Shown: positions 52,380-60,541 of the stretch, one piece after another | How the letters are laid out: every line of letters starts with the position of its first letter | Position numbering within the stretch: position 1 is the first letter of the stretch | Source: Nitrosopumilaceae archaeon | GTDB taxonomy: Archaea > Thermoproteota > Nitrososphaeria > Nitrososphaerales > Nitrosopumilaceae | Assembly: GCA_965203465.1 (NCBI GenBank) | Contig: CBDBCR010000001.1 | Location: 480,001-544,000, forward strand | DNA: 64,000 nucleotides | Reading direction: 5' to 3' | Position numbers and translations under genes: made by a program | Notes under the pieces: model-generated | Database searches by the model: none | What the model was told of the DNA's origin: nothing | What the model saw: the letters and a program-made list of their open reading frames with translations, nothing else

Positions 52380-53020
52380 CGGAACTGCGGCTGGCAGCGG
52401 CCCTTGCGCTGCTGCTGGCGGCCTCGTGCTGGGACGCGCGCAGCCGCGAGGTGCCCGACTGGGCGTGGATGCTGGGCGGGGGCCTGGGGGCCGCCCTGTA
52501 CGCGCTGGACTGGGGGGACGTCGACGCGTTCTGGGTTTTTTCGATGGGCTCGGGGGCGCTGGTGTCCCTGTTCGCGTGGAGGCTCTTGCCGGTCGGCGGG
52601 GCCGACGTGCTGGCCGTCGTGTCTCTGTCGGTGCTCTGCCCCGCCTGGGGGCCGGTGCCGGTGCCGCCTTTCGTCTTCTTCGGGGGGCTGATATTGGAGC
52701 ACATGGGGGCGATGTGCCTCAACCTGCGCTACAACCTGGCCGACCTGGCGCGGGGAACCTCCCCGACGCGGGGCCTCGGCGGCTCTTTGTACGAGCGGGC
52801 CATGGCTTTCCTTTGCGCGCACCGGCGCAGGCCCGGCGAGCGGTTCACGTTCCGTGCAGAGTCGGGCGAGGGCGGCGAGAGGAGGATAGACCTGTCGGCG
52901 CCGCGGCCCGACTCGGAGTTCGAGCGGCGCGAGGGGGTATTGGTGAGCTGGGCCATGCCGGCCATGCCCTTTTTGTGCGCGGCGCTGGCCCTCGCGGCGC
53001 TTGTAGGCTCGCTGGCCTGA
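52376..53020 (+). CDS. A24 prepilin/preflagellin peptidase (PibD/FlaK-like)
   Basis: SCWDARSREVPD and GGAD catalytic aspartates; C-terminal VSWAMPAMPF. Confidence 0.88.
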   Translation: MTELRLAAALALLLAASCWDARSREVPDWAWMLGGGLGAALYALDWGDVDAFWVFSMGSGALVSLFAWRLLPVGGADVLAVVSLSVLCPAWGPVPVPPFVFFGGLILEHMGAMCLNLRYNLADLARGTSPTRGLGGSLYERAMAFLCAHRRRPGERFTFRAESGEGGERRIDLSAPRPDSEFERREGVLVSWAMPAMPFLCAALALAALVGSLA

Positions 53021-53023
53021 GCG

Positions 53024-53353
53024 CTAGAAAGTCCGGCACGGATCCTGCCAGTAGATGTGGTCTGTGAACACGCGTCTTCTGTCGATCCCTTTTCTGTCGA
53101 TCTCTTCGAGAACTTCCGGAAAGTCCTCGTGGCTGGCGCGGACTTTTTGATCGAGGACGGCTATGTACTTGCCGGCGTAGTCTTTTTTGAGCGCCTCGCG
53201 GTTGTCCGCCACCCAGTCCGCGTTGGCGCTGAATTCTGCAAGCTCGGCGCGCATCTTGTCCCAGTCTCTTGCGATCATCTTTTTTACCTGTTTTATGTGG
53301 GGGGAGGATGCCGCGTCGCCCACGTAAATGATGTCTGGTTCAGAGCCTGTCAT
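53024..53353 (-). CDS. DUF5678 family protein
   Basis: NADWVADNREALKKDYAGKYIAV...V.AS. Confidence 0.7.
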   Translation of the reverse strand: MTGSEPDIIYVGDAASSPHIKQVKKMIARDWDKMRAELAEFSANADWVADNREALKKDYAGKYIAVLDQKVRASHEDFPEVLEEIDRKGIDRRRVFTDHIYWQDPCRTF

Positions 53354-53584
53354 TGAGCACCGTGCCCACTTGCGCAGCGTCGAATAAAATCTCTTCTGGT
53401 TCCAAGAGGCGTGCGTACGAGCCTGTCCCGAATCCGGGAGGCACCGGCACGCGGGCCGGGTTAAAAGCGGGGCGCGCTTGTACGACGACCCTTCCGGGAC
53501 GCGGCCCCCCCTGCGGGGTGCATGCCGGGAGGGCGACTCGGCGCCGGGGGCGGATTTTAATACGGCCCGCCCGCGCGCGGGCGC

Positions 53585-53803
53585 ATGAGCGAGCCGGAGC
53601 TGTTGCCAGCAAAGTGCCCCGAATGCGGCAGGCGGAAGGGGGCCGAGATATTCTACGGGTACCCGGCACCCGACGCCTGGCCCCGGATAGAAAAGCTGGT
53701 CGAGGAGGGCAAGGCGGAGCTGGGAGGGTGCTGTGTGTCGGGTGAGGATCCAAAGTACAGGTGCGGCTCGTGCGGGCACGCGTGGGGCAGGGCGGAGCTC
53801 TAG
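53585..53803 (+). CDS. Small zinc-finger protein
   Basis: CPECG...IFYGYP...LGGC...PKYRCGSCGHAW; TTTTAATA upstream. Confidence 0.75.
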   Translation: MSEPELLPAKCPECGRRKGAEIFYGYPAPDAWPRIEKLVEEGKAELGGCCVSGEDPKYRCGSCGHAWGRAEL

Positions 53804-53926
53804 TCCTGTATGCCGGCGTGCCCGGATACGATGAGGCTTTTTGAAACGCGCACGCAAGAACCACAAATGCCGCCCGGCCGGTAGTCGGTTTTGGCGGCGC
53901 GGCCCGGGATCGATCGTCTGTGGCGT

Positions 53927-55345
53927 TCAGGCCGCCTTTGGCGTTGTTGCCGAGCGCGTGTATCTCCAGCGGTCGAAGCCGTACTCTGAGCACACGTCGT
54001 AGTGGTGGCGCATCTCCTTCTTCCAGGTGTTCTTCCCCCTGGCAGAAAGCTGTAGTAGCGACACCCTCATTTCCGGCATGTTCTCTGCATACTCTTCGTT
54101 TCGCACCACCAGCTCCCCGAAATAGGGCTTTATCGGGGGCAGCAAGTCGCTCTTTTTCAGGTTGCATTCTGCGCAGGAGAGCACCAGATTCCACGCGTCG
54201 TCGTCGTAGATGTACGAGAAAGGTATGAAGTGATCTACGTGCATCCCGGATCTGTTGAACGAATTGAGGCAGTAAAAGCACGCGCGCTCCCTTTCGTAAA
54301 ACATGTTCCGGTACTTGGTGAGGGGCCCGCGCTTCCTTTCTTTCGACATGATCTTGGAGGCCAGCAGCGGCAGTCCGTGGTTCGCCTTTTCAAGATACAG
54401 CACCCACTCTGCCAGCAGGGCCTGGGTGAGAAGGTGGTTGTTCCTCCTGAAGAACGAATGAGCTTCGGGGCGCAGCGTGATCACCTGCCTGTCGTCGTCG
54501 TAATCGTAGAACAAGCCGCTGTCGCCCGCCCCTCCGTCGTCTGTCTCTTGGAACTTTGACACCACCACGCCCGTGCCTGTAGAGTGGCCGAAGACGCTGG
54601 ACAGGATCTGCTCCCTTGCCGACTTTAACTGGCCGTTCGGTATGTCCTCGTACCGGACGGGGGGCCTGTCCCCGAACGCCTTCTCCAGTATGCTTATGAC
54701 CACCGGCTGCCTCTTGGTGTGGAAGTCCTGCTTCATTCTGAACCTGAACCGCTGGTGCCAGTAATGCTTGAGAAATTCGCCCGCAAGATAGTCGTACGGT
54801 ATGTCGCGGGAGGCGCCGTCCGGCGCGTTGGCCTTGCAGTAGTCCAGCAGCGTCTTGCCCAGCGCGAACTTGTACGTGTTGTCTTTTTTGGACTTGGATA
54901 TTATCGACATGAACAGCCTTCTCATACCGGCGTCGGTTCCCTCGGTTGCGGCCTCCGGCGCGCAGGGCGCGCCGGCCACGGCGGGCCGATCCGCGCGCCT
55001 GTGCGGATCGGACAGCCTAAAGACGTTGATCCGCCTACCCTTGCGCCAGTCGACCAGCTCGCCGCGCCCGCGCATCTTGATGATTTCCCTGACCGTCGCC
55101 CTCCTCAGGTCGTTCGACTTGCGATCGGGCCCGTGCAGGGACGGCGGCAGGCGCAGCTCCTCTGCGACCATGGCGTCCAGCCCCGCCTTCGTGTGCCAGA
55201 TCCGCCTGGACCGCAGCCCAATCTGCGGCCGGTCTCCGGCTAAATCCGCGCCCAGCTCGTCTACGGTCCGGCCCCTGTTGGCCAGCACGTACGCCACCAT
55301 CTTGGGAATCGCGTCCCTCTGCTGGCGGGTTAGGGTTTTTTGCAC
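53927..55345 (-). CDS. HNH endonuclease (type IV restriction-like)
   Basis: DNTYKFAL domain; CFYC...HVDHFIPFS...WNLVLSCAECNLKKSD. Confidence 0.85.
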   Translation of the reverse strand: MQKTLTRQQRDAIPKMVAYVLANRGRTVDELGADLAGDRPQIGLRSRRIWHTKAGLDAMVAEELRLPPSLHGPDRKSNDLRRATVREIIKMRGRGELVDWRKGRRINVFRLSDPHRRADRPAVAGAPCAPEAATEGTDAGMRRLFMSIISKSKKDNTYKFALGKTLLDYCKANAPDGASRDIPYDYLAGEFLKHYWHQRFRFRMKQDFHTKRQPVVISILEKAFGDRPPVRYEDIPNGQLKSAREQILSSVFGHSTGTGVVVSKFQETDDGGAGDSGLFYDYDDDRQVITLRPEAHSFFRRNNHLLTQALLAEWVLYLEKANHGLPLLASKIMSKERKRGPLTKYRNMFYERERACFYCLNSFNRSGMHVDHFIPFSYIYDDDAWNLVLSCAECNLKKSDLLPPIKPYFGELVVRNEEYAENMPEMRVSLLQLSARGKNTWKKEMRHHYDVCSEYGFDRWRYTRSATTPKAA

Positions 55346-55469
55346 TGTCCGGGGTCGCGATCGGTCTCATAAAAATGCGGGCGGCGGGGACCAGCTTCGG
55401 CGCGGCCGGGCCAGCCTCGCAGCCGGCGACCGAACCGGCGGCGCCCCTCCGAATCCGCGCGCGGACGGA

Positions 55470-56337
55470 CATGCATACAAGCGCCAGATCTCGTCCGCGC
55501 AGGCCGCGAACAGCTCAGCGCTCCGCGATGGCGTTTCCAGCTCGCCTTGCACATCCCTGTCACCGCCGGCCCTGCCCAGCACGTGGTTCTTGATCAGGTT
55601 CGCCCTAGCCCAGCCCAGTCGTCGAGGCTTTTGACCACCTGGAACGCCGCCTCGTCGTCGGGCACCTGCGCGTTTATTACAAAGCCGTAGTTCCTGACGC
55701 AACGCGCGAAACTTGCCAGCGCCCGGGCATCCCCGGGCGGTTCTGCGCCCCCGAAGCCGCCTGCCAGCGCCTCGCTTATGCGCCCGTGCAGGAAAACGTA
55801 GTTGCTCTTTAGGAGCCTGGCCGAATCGGCGTCCGGCTCCATTTTCCGGAGGCGCGCCAGCTGGGTGGCGTGGCCACCGAGCTCGCGGCGCTGTATCTCC
55901 TCTAGCAACGCCCCGTCGTCTCCGTTGAGCACGAGCTTCCAGCCCACGCGGCGCCCGTCTATGTGGGTGTTTTCTATCATCGATTCTGCCAGCGCGTCGG
56001 CCTCGGCCCGGGCCCCGGCGTCCTCTGCAAGCACGTCGCGGATCACGCAGAACAGCAGCGTGAGGGTGGTCAGGATCTGCTGGCCCTCGACGACGCACAG
56101 GGCGTCTTTCTTGCAGGGCACCAGCACCACCCAACCCAGCAGGCGCTGCGCGTCCCTTGCCGCGCCCGGGGAACTTTTCGCCGCGCCGAACGCGCCCGCT
56201 AGCACGTCCCACAGGTGCTCCGCCGCCTCTTGGCTCCACGGGCAACCTCGCTGGAACTTTGGCACCTCGAACGTTACGCTGCCCGAGAACATGCCGTTTA
56301 CGGATTCGGTTCGGGTGTTGGAGAATCTGTTGATCAC
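55470..56337 (-). pseudogene. DUF262 (GmrSD N-terminal) remnant, frameshifted and truncated
   Basis: FEVPKFQRG.PW, VVEGQQ.LTTL; frameshift near 55620 into ANLIKNHVL; no DUF1524 part. Confidence 0.75.
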
Positions 56338-56481
56338 GAGAGGGCCTTGGGCGGCTCTCTTAATAATCTTGCATCGGGATTGTACGCTTGCATTGACTCT
56401 TCCTGATGGCATGCGCCGAAAGGCGCGCGCGGCGGACCGCCTTTGGACTGATTTTTAAGCAAGTACCTGCGCGGTGCCTGC

Positions 56482-57312
56482 GTGGACGATCTCGCATTGC
56501 GCCGTGTGGACTTGGACGCGATACTTAGGGGATCGTCGCACGCAAGGCAGACCAAAATAGATGTGGGCGTGACCGATCTGGCAGCCAGCATAGAGTCTAT
56601 AGGCCTGCTGCAGCCCATACGCGTGGCAGAGACGGGACAAGAGGGCGTCTACGAGCTGTTGGACGGCCAGCGCAGGTTCTTGGCATTCTGGCTGCTACGT
56701 AAAAAAGAGCCCGGCCGGTTCTCAAGAATACCCAGCCTCGTACATCCGGCAGAGATGGAAGAGTGGGAAAAAAAGGCGATCTCGCTGCACGCCAACCTGT
56801 CCCAGGTGCCTATGAACAAAACAGACAGGGTCAACGCCATGACCGTGGTCTTTGACAGGTTTGGGGGCGTGGAAAAGATGGCAGAGGCCACCTCGCTGCC
56901 GCGGCACGCCATACGCAGATACGTGGAGGCATCGCGCCTGCCCGGACTCCTGAAAAGCGCCGTGCTGGACGACGGGCTTGCGATGCGCGCGGCGCTCGAC
57001 GCTACAGACCTGCACGCGCGCGACCGTGACGATCCGGCCCTGATGCTCCAGACGGCCAAGGATCTACAGTCGCTCACGGGCAGGCAGATTTCATACGTAA
57101 AAAAGGCAAAGGCCGACAAGCCGGACAGGCCGGTCGCCGACATAATAGCCCACATAAGATCGCTTGATCTAGGAAGGCACGACATTTTGATATCCGCAGA
57201 CTCGGATACGTACTCGCGCATACAGCTTCACGGGGAGCAGAACAAGGCTTGGACGGTGGCCGATGCCGCGGCGGATCTGGTGGAGGACGGCCTGGCAGCC
57301 AACGAGGCGTGA
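56482..57312 (+). CDS. ParB/Srx N-terminal domain protein with HTH
   Basis: LAASIESIGLLQPIRV...YELLDGQRRF...SLHAN. Confidence 0.85.
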   Translation: MDDLALRRVDLDAILRGSSHARQTKIDVGVTDLAASIESIGLLQPIRVAETGQEGVYELLDGQRRFLAFWLLRKKEPGRFSRIPSLVHPAEMEEWEKKAISLHANLSQVPMNKTDRVNAMTVVFDRFGGVEKMAEATSLPRHAIRRYVEASRLPGLLKSAVLDDGLAMRAALDATDLHARDRDDPALMLQTAKDLQSLTGRQISYVKKAKADKPDRPVADIIAHIRSLDLGRHDILISADSDTYSRIQLHGEQNKAWTVADAAADLVEDGLAANEA

Positions 57313-57522
57313 TTTGGAGCCGCGCAAGCCGGGTCGGACGGCCCGGCAAAGTAGCGGCGCCGGGGAGCTCGTGCGGGTATTTCTGCCGGCCGGGCCGGAA
57401 CCGCGGGGCAACTTTGGCCGCATAGAGCGGTGCAAAAAGGCGGGCATGCCGATCATGGCGTTTCTTAGACGCAAGATGGGGCGCGCGGCTAAACCGCGCC
57501 GTAATGTCGGGGGCCGCCGATC

Positions 57523-58254
57523 ATGCCGCAGCTGACAGACGACTTGGTTCTTTACGCGAAACTGCTCTGCAGCGTAAACGCCTCCGGCAGGAACCGTCCG
57601 CTGTCGCCGGCCGAAGCGGCAGGACTGATCCATAGGATGATGAAAGAGGGCATGTCCGTGCAGGAGGTGTCCAAACGCGTGTCGGTGTCCGAGGACACGA
57701 TAAAGCGGTTCTTGAGCCTCTCAAAGTTGCCTCCCGAGTACTGGAACGCGGTCGTGTGGGGAACGTCCACCGACTGCGGCGTGTCGTTCAGCACGGCTGC
57801 AAAAGTCGCGCAACTATCTGAACTAGGCGACATGAGGATATTGCTGGGCGCGCCGATGGAGCACAAGTTCACCAAGAACTAGATCGAAAACATCGTGGCG
57901 CTGAGGCGGGCCAAGCGCGGCCCAGACATGGCCGGCTGTATAGAAAAAGTCAAGAGCGTCAGGGTGCGCGCGAGCCCCAAATACGTGTACGTGATCACGG
58001 TAAGCAGGGAGACGATGTCAAAGCTCGGGGCGTCGGCCCCGCCCGACGAAGCGACAGCTCTGCGCGGCGCCGTCTCAGAACGCTTGGGGCCGGACAACGT
58101 GCTGGCCGTGGTCGTCCGCGGGCTGCGGGTGGCGCTGAGCCTGAACGGCGAGGGCGCCGAGCGGTTCGCCGCGCTGCTGGAGCGCAACGGGCTGACGCTG
58201 GGCGACAGCGTGGCCCACTTTGCCGACGGACTGCGTGGCCAAGCTCCGGCTTGA
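57523..58254 (+). pseudogene. ParB-like HTH protein with an in-frame TAG at 57880-57882
   Basis: LSPAEAA...GMSVQEVSKRV..SEDTIKRFLSL.KLP; frame continues past the stop as IENIVALRR. Confidence 0.7.
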
Positions 58255-58486
58255 GCCTCGAGCGCACTAGAGCGCAATCTTTGCCCGCCGGGAATCCAGC
58301 TCCGCCCCGAAGCTCGGGCGCCCTTTTCGCACCGCGCGTCGGATCGTGCGGCACAAGCTGCGGCTGCCGGCCTTGCGCCGGCCTCGGGCAACCGCCGCTT
58401 GCCCCGCGCTCCCGGATCCGGCGCGCCAAACGAGCAAACTGTAGGCCTGGCAAGCTTATTACGAATGCGGCGCAGCGTCCCCACCC

Positions 58487-60328
58487 ATGACAGAGGCGCG
58501 CCGGGAGCTGTTCCGGGATCAGATCTCGGACATATGCGATCGGCTGGACATACCGGCCGGCGAGGCTTTTGCACGCTGGGTGCTCGGAAACGTGCTGGGC
58601 ATAACGGACGAGGCGGAGATCAACGAGTCGGTCTCGATAAGGGGAGGGGGCGGCTTTGGCATCGACGCATTCTGCGCCTACGAGAGCGGGGACGCCGGGT
58701 ACGTGTGCTGGATCCGGGCAAAGTACGGCGACGGCCACGATCAGAGGGTCACCAGGGAGGACGCGGAGTCTTTTGCCTCCACGCTGGACCACCTGCGCCG
58801 GTGCCCGGACGGCGCCAACGCGACTTTCCGGCAAAAGTCCGCCGAGTTTGAAATGGCGGAGGCGCGGCACCCGCCCATCAGGAAGCGGATGATCCTCGCC
58901 GTCACCGGAAAGGCGGACGGCCAAGTCCGGGCCCTGTCGGCCGATCCGAGGTGGAACGCAGAGAGGCTGGACGGAGGGCCAGCCTACGGCACAAGCTTCG
59001 AGATTCTGGACATGGACGGCATCCTGTCCCGCGTGAGAGTGCCGCACACCCCTGCGCTACAGGTAAGATTCGACGGCAAGACAATCTGCAGAAAAGACGG
59101 GGCCGACGGCAAGTCGGTCATAGGGCACATCGCCGCCGGCTCGCTGGCGGATCTGGCAAGGGAGTACGGGGAGGCGCTGTTTATGGGAAACCCGCGGCAG
59201 GCGCCGGAGGACGAGTCCCACGCGTACAAGGCCATGCTCAACACGCTGCGCGACGGCGGGGCGAGATCCAGATTCTGGAAGATGAACAACGGGATAACGG
59301 CGGTCTGCACGAGGCTCGACGCCGTGGACGGTTCCACTTACAGCGTAGAAAACTTCAAGATAGTCGACGGGAGGCAGACCGTGCGCGCTCTGGAAAACAC
59401 GACGCACCCGGCCGACGGCGTGCTAGTCTTGCTGTCCGTACACGAAGCGGCCGGCGACGGGGAGCGCCGCCTGATCGGCGAGGCTGCAAACACGCACAAC
59501 CCCGTCGAACTTGCGGCCTTGGTGGCAAACTATCCTGAGATGACCGATCTTGCCTCGCAGTGCCGGCAGGATTTTCCGGAGTTTTACTTTGAGCGCCGGC
59601 CAAACGGGTTCGCCTCGGCCATGTCCGCTGTCCGGAACCGGGTGACACGCCGGCGCGTCATGGAAACGGGTGCGGTGGCCAGGGCGTACTGCGCGTACGC
59701 CATAGACCCCAACGACGCGATCGCGCCGGACAAAGTACTGTTCTCGACCACAGACGGCCATTACGACCAAATCTTCAAGGACAGGCACATTCGGGATCTG
59801 ATCATACCGCACATATTCATGCAGCTGTTCGGTGAGCTCCACCGCAAGTGGTGTCGGGATCTCAAGGACGACCCATCCGACAAGGTGGCGCGAGCCAAGG
59901 GAATCATCAGCAAGGATGTCGTAAAGTACTACGCTTTGAGGTTCGTCTACGAGTCCATGATCGGACTAGACGGCTCCGTTCGTGTCTCGGTCGAAGACAG
60001 CTTGATAGAGACATTCCGCGGTCTGAAAAGGAAGGATCCCGTACCACAACAACTATTGGATGCGGCGGAGGCCGCCTACGACTTGTTTATGTCCGTCTTT
60101 AACATGGAGAGAAACAACACGTGGCCTGCCAATCTGATCAAAAAGATCGGAGCCAAGGGCTACCGAGCGACTGCCGACGGCGTGCCCAGCCCGTACGACA
60201 TTATGCAGGCGCTAAGGCAAAACGGGGACAAACTACTCCCGCACATGCTTCGTACGCGAGAGTACGCGGCAAAGCAGCTTGGCGATCCGGTGCAGGAAAA
60301 ACTACGCAGGCTCGCGGTTCAGCGGTAA
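58487..60328 (+). CDS. AIPR family protein
   Basis: GFGIDA...AKY; LFMGNPR; FWKMNNGITAVC; KIVDGRQT; AANTHNPV. Confidence 0.85.
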   Translation: MTEARRELFRDQISDICDRLDIPAGEAFARWVLGNVLGITDEAEINESVSIRGGGGFGIDAFCAYESGDAGYVCWIRAKYGDGHDQRVTREDAESFASTLDHLRRCPDGANATFRQKSAEFEMAEARHPPIRKRMILAVTGKADGQVRALSADPRWNAERLDGGPAYGTSFEILDMDGILSRVRVPHTPALQVRFDGKTICRKDGADGKSVIGHIAAGSLADLAREYGEALFMGNPRQAPEDESHAYKAMLNTLRDGGARSRFWKMNNGITAVCTRLDAVDGSTYSVENFKIVDGRQTVRALENTTHPADGVLVLLSVHEAAGDGERRLIGEAANTHNPVELAALVANYPEMTDLASQCRQDFPEFYFERRPNGFASAMSAVRNRVTRRRVMETGAVARAYCAYAIDPNDAIAPDKVLFSTTDGHYDQIFKDRHIRDLIIPHIFMQLFGELHRKWCRDLKDDPSDKVARAKGIISKDVVKYYALRFVYESMIGLDGSVRVSVEDSLIETFRGLKRKDPVPQQLLDAAEAAYDLFMSVFNMERNNTWPANLIKKIGAKGYRATADGVPSPYDIMQALRQNGDKLLPHMLRTREYAAKQLGDPVQEKLRRLAVQR

Positions 60329-60541
60329 GTCCAAGCCATTCCGCTTCGCGAGGGCGAGCCGAAGCCCACGATCTGAAACGCACCATGATCGGATCGCGCA
60401 GTCCGGGGGTGCGCGGCAGGCCGGAAAAGGGGCGCCGAGGCGATTGTCCAGGCCGCAGGCAAGACATGCCCGAACCTATTCTGCCGGTCATGGAAGATTT
60501 CGCCCCCGCCTGTCTGATGCGTGGAGGGGAAGGCGAAATTT

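Noticed and set aside
57880-57882. In-frame TAG as pyrrolysine or readthrough
   Set aside because: No pyl genes are visible, TAG is a normal stop elsewhere here, and neighbouring genes are also decayed.
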